DNA of 40,465 nt, taken from assembly GCA_045106895.1 (NCBI GenBank), contig JBGCFM010000038.1:1-40465 (forward strand), given 5' to 3'. Shown piece after piece: positions 1-7,405 of this stretch. The position numbers and the translations under genes are program-made. The DNA is from Polyangiales bacterium. Its GTDB lineage: Bacteria > Myxococcota_A > Polyangia > Polyangiales > Houyiibacteriaceae. Each line of letters starts with the position of its first letter. Position 1 is the stretch's first letter. The notes beneath the pieces were generated by a model. That model searched no databases, had not been told where the DNA came from, and saw only the letters and a list, made by a program, of their open reading frames with translations.

Positions 1-1
1 C

Positions 2-157
2 CACGGTCAGCAGGGACAAGGCCAGGGTCAGCAGGGACAAGGCCAGGGTCAGGGACCAGGCCAGGGCCAGGGACAAGGTCAGGGACAAGGCCAGGGTCAG
101 GGACAAGGCCAGGGTCAGGGACAAGGCCAGGGACAAGGTCAGGGACAAGGCCAAGGC
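2..157 (+). repeat. Coding low-complexity tandem repeat (GGN CAR)n encoding (GQ)n
   Basis: Repeated cagggacaaggccagggt-type units with 6-nt periodicity, in frame with the CDS. Confidence 0.9.
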
Positions 158-586
158 GCCCTCACGCTTGGCCAAGGCGGCGACGCCATTCTGGAGATTC
201 CAGGGATGGGCGGCGAAGGCCAAGGGATGTCTGAGCAGAGCGGCGAAGGGGGCGGCCAAGGCGGCAACGGCGCCGGATCCGAGCACGCGCCGCAAATGCT
301 TGACGACCCCACGCGCCTCGGCGGATCCCACCAAAACAGTCGCGTCGAAGGCGAGCACGGGAACGGCCCTTCACGCTCCGAAGTTATTCAGGGAGCCGCA
401 GGCCGTGGCTTCGCCGGGCAACCCTACGAACAAGTATTCACAGACTACGAAGGACACGCCGAAGAAGTACTCGAGCGCGACGAGATTCCGTCGGGCTACC
501 GCTTCTATGTACGGCGCTACTTCCAACTGATTCGCCCTCGGGCCCCAGCGGCGGAACCCAACGAAACCCAGGCCGCCCCCCAATAA
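2..586 (+). CDS. 5'-truncated Gly/Gln-rich protein with a DUF4175-like C-terminal motif; upstream gene of the MoxR operon
   Basis: Frame 2 is open from the window edge: HGQQGQGQGQQGQGQGQGPGQG... then EEVLERDEIPSGYRFYVRRYF, an 'IP..YR..V..YF' tail typical of MoxR/VWA-operon proteins. Stop TAA lies 10 nt before moxR. Confidence 0.7.
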   Translation, partial: HGQQGQGQGQQGQGQGQGPGQGQGQGQGQGQGQGQGQGQGQGQGQGQGQGQGALTLGQGGDAILEIPGMGGEGQGMSEQSGEGGGQGGNGAGSEHAPQMLDDPTRLGGSHQNSRVEGEHGNGPSRSEVIQGAAGRGFAGQPYEQVFTDYEGHAEEVLERDEIPSGYRFYVRRYFQLIRPRAPAAEPNETQAAPQ

Positions 587-596
587 GGAACCAGCA

Positions 597-1592
597 ATGA
601 GTGAGAGCCCCCAAGAGGTCGTCGAACGTTTCGGCGAAGACATCCAACGCGTCCGCACCGAAATCGCCAAGATGATCGTTGGTCAGGAAGAGGTCGTGGA
701 TGGCGTCCTCACCTGCTTGCTAGCGGGAGGCCAAGCGCTTCTTGAAGGCGTCCCGGGCCTCGGAAAGACGATGCTTGTTCGGACCTTGGCCGGCGTGCTC
801 CGCCTCGACTTCGCACGCATTCAGTTCACCCCAGACCTGATGCCCGCGGACATCCTCGGAACGACGGTGCTAACCGAAGGCGAAGGCGGGCAGACGAAGC
901 TGGAGTTCCGCAAGGGGCCCGTATTCGCAAATATCGTCCTCGCCGACGAGGTGAACCGCGCCACGCCGAAGACGCAGAGCGCGATGCTCGAGGTGATGCA
1001 GGAGCACACCGTCACGATTCAGGGGACGACCTACAAGCTCGACGAGCCCTACTTCGTCCTCGCCACGCAAAACCCGCTGGAGATGGAGGGCACCTACCCA
1101 CTTCCGGAAGCGCAGCTCGACCGTTTCCTCTTCAAGCTGGAGGTCGGCTTCCCTTCCCGCGAAGACCTTCATGGAATCCTGGACCGCACCACCGGCGCCG
1201 TCACGCCTGAAGTCGTGCCGGTTCTCGACAAAGAGACCATCCTCAAAATGCGGAAGGTCGTTCGCGACGTCGAGGTCTCCCACCACGTGAAGGACTACGC
1301 CATCCGCGTCCTTGAAGCGACGCATCCTGACCGCGAGTCTGCACCGGACAAGGTGAAGCGCTACGTGCGCTTCGGCGGCAGCCCACGTGGCGCTCAGTCG
1401 ATGCTCCTCGCGGCAAAGATTCGTGCACTCTTCGACGGACGATTCAGCGCCGGCATCGATGACGTGCGGTGGGCCGCGAAGCCTGCGCTCCGGCACCGCG
1501 TGCTCTTGAACTTCGAAGGCGAAGCCGAAGGCATTCGCACCGACGAGGTGCTCTCCGACGTTCTGACGAGCGTTCCCGAAAGCGCTAGCTAG
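597..1592 (+). CDS. moxR: MoxR family AAA+ ATPase
   Basis: Walker A EGVPGLGKT, RIQFTPDLMPADILG, Walker B LADEVNRATPKTQSA, ATQNPLEMEGTYPLPEAQLDRF, GSPRG. SD-like AAGGA upstream. Confidence 0.95.
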   Translation: MSESPQEVVERFGEDIQRVRTEIAKMIVGQEEVVDGVLTCLLAGGQALLEGVPGLGKTMLVRTLAGVLRLDFARIQFTPDLMPADILGTTVLTEGEGGQTKLEFRKGPVFANIVLADEVNRATPKTQSAMLEVMQEHTVTIQGTTYKLDEPYFVLATQNPLEMEGTYPLPEAQLDRFLFKLEVGFPSREDLHGILDRTTGAVTPEVVPVLDKETILKMRKVVRDVEVSHHVKDYAIRVLEATHPDRESAPDKVKRYVRFGGSPRGAQSMLLAAKIRALFDGRFSAGIDDVRWAAKPALRHRVLLNFEGEAEGIRTDEVLSDVLTSVPESAS

Positions 1593-1756
1593 TGACTCAC
1601 CGCAGCGAGCTTGGTTGTTTCAGCGCGGAAGATCGCCAACGAGGTTGTCGCGGGACCGAACGCAGGACATGCGACGTATATTCAAGCTCGGCACGCGCCA
1701 AGATCGATGGTGAGGGCCGTGTTCGAACGGTCAAGCTCGCTGTGGTGAGGCACTAG
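1589..1756. mobile_element. 168-bp palindromic MITE-like element, copy 1, CTAG at both ends
   Basis: Arms 1589-1628 and 1717-1756 pair over 40 positions (31 Watson-Crick, 7 G-U/T, 2 mismatches). Left CTAG contains the moxR stop. Homologous to 9410-9578. No transposase seen, so mobility is inferred. Confidence 0.7.
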
Positions 1757-1761
1757 CTCGC

Positions 1762-2691
1762 ATGTTCGATTGGCTCCGTGCAAAGCAGCCCGACGGGGGT
1801 GCGATGAAGGAGGACGAGGAACTCTTCGACGAGGAGTTTCAGCGCCGACTTGAGTACCTCGCGATCGCGACAAGACGTGCTTACTCCGGGCGTATGCGGG
1901 CCGACCGACGCAGCAAGAAGACCGGCTCTGGCATCGAGTTTGCTGACCATCGCCAGTACGTTCCCGGCGACGACTTTCGCTATTTGGATGTAAACGTCTA
2001 CCAGCGCACGGGTCGTCTTCTCGTGCGTCTCTTCGAAGAAGAGGAAGACCTCAGCGTCTACATCTTGGTGGACGCGTCACGCTCCATGGGTCTCGGTAAA
2101 CCCGCCAAGCTCCGCTACGCGAAGAAAATCGCCGCCGCCCTCGCCTATGTGGCGTTGGCAAACCTCGACCGAGTCTCTGTGCTGAGCTTCAACGAGAAGA
2201 TGGATGGGCGACTCCCGCCCACGCGCGGCAAGAACCGTATCTTCAAGGTGTTCGACTTTCTCCGCCCAATGACGGCGGACGGCTCGACGAGTCTGGAGGA
2301 TGCGCTTCGCACATTCGCCGCGCAGAACAAGCGCCGCGGCGTCGCGATTCTGATCTCTGATCTCTACGACCCCGCCGGGTTTGAAGCCGGTATCAACCAG
2401 CTTCGTTTTGCGAAGTTTGAACCCTACGTGCTGCAGGTCTTCGATCCCGCGGAGCTCAACCCGCCCCTCAACGGCGACGTGCGTCTCATCGATCACGAGA
2501 CCGGCGACTTTCGTGAGGTCACCATCACGCCGCGGATTCTGTCGAAGTACCGCCAGGCGCACGAACGCTACCAGCAAGAGATCGCGGATTTCTGCGCGAA
2601 GAAACAAGTGGCCCATCACGCCATCAGCACGGACGTTCCTTTCGATGAGGCCATCCTCCGCGTCCTTCGCTCCGGAGGCCTGCTGAAGTGA
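1762..2691 (+). CDS. DUF58 domain protein with VWA-like region
   Basis: GSGIEFADHRQYVPGDDFRYLD, LFEEEED, DASRSM, LISD. Canonical position after moxR. Confidence 0.92.
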   Translation: MFDWLRAKQPDGGAMKEDEELFDEEFQRRLEYLAIATRRAYSGRMRADRRSKKTGSGIEFADHRQYVPGDDFRYLDVNVYQRTGRLLVRLFEEEEDLSVYILVDASRSMGLGKPAKLRYAKKIAAALAYVALANLDRVSVLSFNEKMDGRLPPTRGKNRIFKVFDFLRPMTADGSTSLEDALRTFAAQNKRRGVAILISDLYDPAGFEAGINQLRFAKFEPYVLQVFDPAELNPPLNGDVRLIDHETGDFREVTITPRILSKYRQAHERYQQEIADFCAKKQVAHHAISTDVPFDEAILRVLRSGGLLK

Positions 2692-4580
2692 ACCTCACGG
2701 GCCTTACTCTCGCTCAAGTCTTCGGCGTCCTCGGTATTGCGGGGGGCCTCGTTACGGTTCTCTACCTGCTGAAGCTGCGGCGACGCCGTATCGAAGTCCC
2801 TTTCGTCAAACTCTGGAACGAGATCCTGGCGGAGAAGCAGACCACCCGGCTCTTCTCGCAGCTAAAACGGTGGGTGTCGCTTCTCATCGCGCTCGGTATC
2901 GTCGCGGGTCTCGCGTTTGCCCTCGGCGACCCACGCTACGCGGGCGCCACGGCCGCCGGACGCACCGTCGTCGTGCTCATCGATGCAAGCGCCTCCATGC
3001 AGGCCTCCGACGTGCAGCCAACTCGCCTCGACGATGCGCGGCGCGTGGCCCTTGAGATGGTCGATGAGCTCGGGCCCGCAGACCGACTTCTCATCGCGCA
3101 GCTCGACGCCAGCGCCACGCCTCTGAGCCCCCTCACCGGCGAGACGCGTATCCTTGAGGACGCCATCGAACAAGTGACACCGACGGAGGTGGGCGCCAAC
3201 CTTCGTGCCGGGCTTCGTGTGGCCCTGGATGTTCTCCGCAATGAACCCAACGGCGAGGTCGTCGTGCTCACCGACGGAATCTTGGATGAGTCCCGTTTTA
3301 GCACGCAGCAGTTCGCAGAGCGCCTCAGCGAGAGCGACGTTCGTCTCAGCTGGGTGAAGATTGGGCGACGCGGCGACAACGTGGGGCTCGGCGCCTTCAG
3401 CGTTCGCCGCTATCCATTGGACAAGAGCCAGAGCGAGGTTCTCGTCGAGCTCTACAACCCAACGGAGGAAGAGCGAAACGTAGAGCTCGAGCTTCTTGGG
3501 GACGGGGCCACCGTCGAGATTCAGGAACTCTCTTTGCGTCCGGGAGAGCGACTCCGGCGATTCTTTGCAAACATCTCGGGCGTCGACACTACGCTCGAAG
3601 CCCGCATTCGAGCCGTCGATGGAGAAGACCTTCTCGATGCCGACAACCACGCGTACGCACGCCTTCCCGAACGTCGCCGGGCCCGCCTTCTCATCGTCAG
3701 CGAAGGAAACCTCTACTTGCAGGCGGCGCTACTCCTCGATGAGTATCTCGATGTCACGGAGGTGACGCCGGCGAACTTCGAGTCCGAAGGCTTTGACTTC
3801 GACGTCATCATCTTCGACAGCTGGGTGCCGCCCTACCATCCCCCGGCGGCGGCGTTCTACTTGAATCCGATCAGCGAAGACCCAACCCGCGGCCCCTTCG
3901 TCGTCGATGGCTTCGTCGAAGCGCCCTACTTCGACGGCCTGGAGCGTCGACACCCGCTCATCAAGTGGACCGCTCTTGGCGATGTGAACCTGGCGCGCAG
4001 CTTGAACGTGGAGCTTCAAGAAGGGGACCGCGCCATCGCCCGCAGCGGGAGCGCGCCGCTCATCGTCACGGGCAGGCGCGACGGCCATCCCTTCGTCGCC
4101 TTCAACTTCGACGTCCGAGAGAGCGACCTGCCTTTGCGCGTCGCTTGGCCTCTGCTGCTCCTCAATACCGTCGACTTCTTTGTCGCCGAGCAAAACGGGT
4201 TCGTGTCTAGCTACGCCACGGGCGACTCCTGGCATATCCCGGCGCCATCCGACTTGAACCGGGCCACCATCGTTCAGCCCGACGGCAGCGAGCGGGAAGT
4301 GCCCATCGTTGACGGACGCGCGGTCTTCGCCGGCCTTCGAACCGGTTTCTACACGTTGCGTACTCCCCAAGGCGACGAGACCTTCGCGGCGAATATGGGC
4401 GCGGGCCGTGAATCAGAGATCGAACCTGCCGAAGAGCTCAGCGTAGGCGGCACCCTTGCCGAGAATCCCAGCCGGGGCAAAGTTGGTCTGCGCCGAGAAA
4501 TCTGGCTCTACCTCGTCCTCCTCGTCCTCGCGGTTCTCATCATCGAGTGGTTCACCTATCACCGGCGGATGACCGTATGA
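2688..4580 (+). CDS. BatA-like N-terminal domain + VWA membrane protein
   Basis: N-terminal hydrophobic segment then LYLLKLRRRR, second TM, MIDAS DASASM and LTDG, C-terminal TM ending in IEW. GTG start overlaps the upstream stop (GTGA). Confidence 0.85.
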   Translation: MNLTGLTLAQVFGVLGIAGGLVTVLYLLKLRRRRIEVPFVKLWNEILAEKQTTRLFSQLKRWVSLLIALGIVAGLAFALGDPRYAGATAAGRTVVVLIDASASMQASDVQPTRLDDARRVALEMVDELGPADRLLIAQLDASATPLSPLTGETRILEDAIEQVTPTEVGANLRAGLRVALDVLRNEPNGEVVVLTDGILDESRFSTQQFAERLSESDVRLSWVKIGRRGDNVGLGAFSVRRYPLDKSQSEVLVELYNPTEEERNVELELLGDGATVEIQELSLRPGERLRRFFANISGVDTTLEARIRAVDGEDLLDADNHAYARLPERRRARLLIVSEGNLYLQAALLLDEYLDVTEVTPANFESEGFDFDVIIFDSWVPPYHPPAAAFYLNPISEDPTRGPFVVDGFVEAPYFDGLERRHPLIKWTALGDVNLARSLNVELQEGDRAIARSGSAPLIVTGRRDGHPFVAFNFDVRESDLPLRVAWPLLLLNTVDFFVAEQNGFVSSYATGDSWHIPAPSDLNRATIVQPDGSEREVPIVDGRAVFAGLRTGFYTLRTPQGDETFAANMGAGRESEIEPAEELSVGGTLAENPSRGKVGLRREIWLYLVLLVLAVLIIEWFTYHRRMTV

Positions 4581-4593
4581 AGCGGCGGCGCTC

Positions 4594-7389
4594 ATGAAAC
4601 GACAGAGTCCACTCCTCATCGGGCTGACCATCGCCGCCTGCGCGGCTCTCGCGGCGTATCTCTGGAACCTCTCGTTTCAGAACCTCGACTTCACCTTTCG
4701 GGGCGCCGAGTACGAAGTCCTCCAGCCGCGATGGCTCGTGGTTTTCGCGGTGGCGCCGCTCTTCTTCCTGGCCGCGAGCCGTTCCCTGTCGGACCTGCCG
4801 CGCGTTCAGCGCTGGCTCGGCGTGCTCTTCCGAACAGCCCTCGCAGCGGTGCTCACCCTCGCCGTGGCGCGGCTTGCGCGGACAACGGAAGTCACGCGCG
4901 TCAGCACGATCTATCTCATCGACGTGAGCGACTCCGTCACGGACGAGTCCATCGCCGACGCGCGGGAAGACCTCATCCAGGTCTACGCGGAGCGCGGCGA
5001 CAACGACGTCCAGCTCATCACCTTCGCGTCGGAATCCACGGCGGTCCCGCTCGGCGAAGACGAGGACGTTGTCCCCGAAGACCTGCGCCACGTCTCCGAG
5101 GGTGCCGCGAGACCGGATGACGAAGAATCGGAGCGCGCGAGCGCCGCAGAACACGCTGCAGGCCGCGCCACCGACATGCAGGGGGCGCTTCAGCTCGCCT
5201 ATGGTCTATTTCCAGCCGGGCACCTGAGACGCGTTGTTATCGCCGGCGACGGCGCGCAAACGCGTGGTGACCTCCTGGCCGAGGCGAGCCGCGCAGCGCG
5301 CTTCGGCGTCCAGGTTCACTTCCGCGTTGACGAGAGAGGAGCGCCGCCGGAGGTCGCTCTTCGCGGCGTCACGATCCCGGACCGCCTCGAGGTCGGTGAG
5401 CCCTTCCCCGTTCGCGCGCGCATCTTTTCCACCACCGAAGCCAATGTCCGCATCCGGCTTTTTCAGGGAGAGACCCTCAACGGACTCGACTCCATTCGCG
5501 ACGTGGAGCTTTCTCCCGGAGACAACGAGATCGAGTTCCGCTCCATCACCCGCGTGGCAGGCCCCGTGACCTACCGCATGGAGATGAGCCCGGCGGACGG
5601 CGTCGAAGACCGCTTCGCGGCGAACAACCGCTTCGAGACCACCGTCGTCGTGCCCGGTAAGCCCACCGTGCTCTACGTGGAAGGCGCCCAGGGACGCGCA
5701 AGCTACTTGGCTCAAGCGCTCACCGCCGCGGATTACGAGGTCGAGGTTCGCTCTCCGCGTGCGATTCCTACCAGCGTTCGCGAGCTCGAACGCTTCGACT
5801 TCTTCGTCCTCTCCGATGTGTCCGCTGACCAGGTCTCGCTCTCCCAAATGGACGCCATCGAGCGCTACGTCCGCGACCTCGGCGGCGGGTTCATCATGGC
5901 CGGCGGCGAGCGCGCTTTTGGCCTTGGCGGTTGGCAAGGTACGCGGATGGAGCGTCTGCTTCCGGTGCGCATGGACGCCCAGCGCCGGCGCGACCAACCG
6001 AGCCTCGCCCTGGGCCTCGTCATCGACCGCAGCGGCTCGATGAACGGCGCGAAAATGGAGCTGGCCAAGGAAGCCGCCCGCGCCACCGCCGAGCTCCTCT
6101 CCAGCGACGACTACATCTCCGTGATCGGGTTTGATTCACAGCCCGAGCGCATCGTCCGTATGCAGAGCGCGCGAAACCGAACGCGGATCTTGCGTGATAT
6201 CGGGCGTATGACGGCACGAGGCGGCACGGCGATTTTCCCGGCTCTGGACATGGCCTATCAGGACCTGTCCGTGACGCGCGCGCGTATCAAGCACGTCATC
6301 CTCCTCACAGACGGTCAGGCGCCGGACGCGGGTATCACGGAGCTTACGCAGGTCATGCGCGCCGAGGGGATCACCGTAAGCACCGTCGGCCTCGGCGCCG
6401 ACGTCAACCGCGTCTTGCTCCAGAGCATCGCGAATCTCGGCGGTGGCCGCAGCTACCTGACCAGCGACCCTCACAACGTTCCTCGCATCTTCATGCGGGA
6501 GACCACCACCGTCGCCCGCAGCTCCGCTGTGGAAGAGTACTTCCAGCCCAGCGTCGTGAGCCGGGCGGATTTCCTCCGGGGCGTCAACATCGAGAGTGCG
6601 CCCTTCCTGCGCGGATACGTAGCGACGCGGGCCAAGCCTCATCCAGCGCAGGTCATCCTGCAGTCTGACCTCGGGGAGCCGATTCTTGCGCGATGGCGCG
6701 TCGGCCTTGGCTGGTCCATGGCGTGGACAAGCGACGTCAAGAATCGCTGGGCCGTGGACTGGCTACGTTGGCGTGGATACAGCCAGTTTTGGGCGCAGCT
6801 CATTCGCGAGCACATGCGCAACAAGCGGCGACAGCGCCTCGACATGGTGGCGGAGACCTTCGGCGACGAAGTTCGCGTTTCCGTCGACGCCATCGGCGGC
6901 AACGACGAGTTCCTCAATGGGCTCACCTCAACGCTGAAGATCGAAGGGCCCATGGGCGCGAGACGTGCCCGTGACGGCGAAGACGACCCGCAGCTGAGAC
7001 GCACACGCGAAGTCCCAATGCTGCAAACGGCGCCTGGTCGCTACGAAGCAAGGCTGCCACTCGACGCCTATGGAAGCTTTGTGCTGAGCGCCGACCACCG
7101 CCTCGAAGGACGCTCCGTGGCGGAATCCGCGACGCAGCTCGCCAACCCTTACCCCAGCGAATACCGCGCGCTTGAGCCGGACATCGCCCTCTTTGAACGC
7201 GTCGCGGAGCTCACCGGCGGCGAAGCATCGCCAGCGCCTGCTCGGCTCTTCGACGCGGGCGACGAGACCATTGAAGCCCATCAAGAGCTCTGGCCCTGGT
7301 TGCTTTACCTGGCGCTAGCGCTCTTCATCCTCGACCTCTTGCTGCGGCGCGTCCGGCTCTTCGACCGAGACTTCTCGGAGACGGTCTAG
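4594..7389 (+). CDS. Large membrane protein: VWA, class I glutamine amidotransferase-like and second VWA domain
   Basis: MIDAS motifs DVSDSV and DRSGSM/LLTDG. YVRDLGGGFIMAGGERAFGLGGWQGT..ERLLPV is a GATase1-like signature; PILARWRVGLG; terminal TM helices. Confidence 0.85.
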   Translation: MKRQSPLLIGLTIAACAALAAYLWNLSFQNLDFTFRGAEYEVLQPRWLVVFAVAPLFFLAASRSLSDLPRVQRWLGVLFRTALAAVLTLAVARLARTTEVTRVSTIYLIDVSDSVTDESIADAREDLIQVYAERGDNDVQLITFASESTAVPLGEDEDVVPEDLRHVSEGAARPDDEESERASAAEHAAGRATDMQGALQLAYGLFPAGHLRRVVIAGDGAQTRGDLLAEASRAARFGVQVHFRVDERGAPPEVALRGVTIPDRLEVGEPFPVRARIFSTTEANVRIRLFQGETLNGLDSIRDVELSPGDNEIEFRSITRVAGPVTYRMEMSPADGVEDRFAANNRFETTVVVPGKPTVLYVEGAQGRASYLAQALTAADYEVEVRSPRAIPTSVRELERFDFFVLSDVSADQVSLSQMDAIERYVRDLGGGFIMAGGERAFGLGGWQGTRMERLLPVRMDAQRRRDQPSLALGLVIDRSGSMNGAKMELAKEAARATAELLSSDDYISVIGFDSQPERIVRMQSARNRTRILRDIGRMTARGGTAIFPALDMAYQDLSVTRARIKHVILLTDGQAPDAGITELTQVMRAEGITVSTVGLGADVNRVLLQSIANLGGGRSYLTSDPHNVPRIFMRETTTVARSSAVEEYFQPSVVSRADFLRGVNIESAPFLRGYVATRAKPHPAQVILQSDLGEPILARWRVGLGWSMAWTSDVKNRWAVDWLRWRGYSQFWAQLIREHMRNKRRQRLDMVAETFGDEVRVSVDAIGGNDEFLNGLTSTLKIEGPMGARRARDGEDDPQLRRTREVPMLQTAPGRYEARLPLDAYGSFVLSADHRLEGRSVAESATQLANPYPSEYRALEPDIALFERVAELTGGEASPAPARLFDAGDETIEAHQELWPWLLYLALALFILDLLLRRVRLFDRDFSETV

Positions 7390-7405
7390 CCCCGCCGGTC
7401 GAGTG

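Noticed and set aside
1..160. Repeats at the window start as a CRISPR array or non-coding satellite
   Set aside because: No unique spacers; 6-nt periodicity with synonymous variation in an open frame encoding (GQ)n.
1589..1756. Palindromic elements as 6S RNA, riboswitch or integron attC sites
   Set aside because: Multiple dispersed copies with CTAG ends in both transcriptional contexts, no large central 6S-type bubble, no RYYYAAC/GTTRRRY attC ends and no integrase. An Rfam scan is still needed for formal exclusion.
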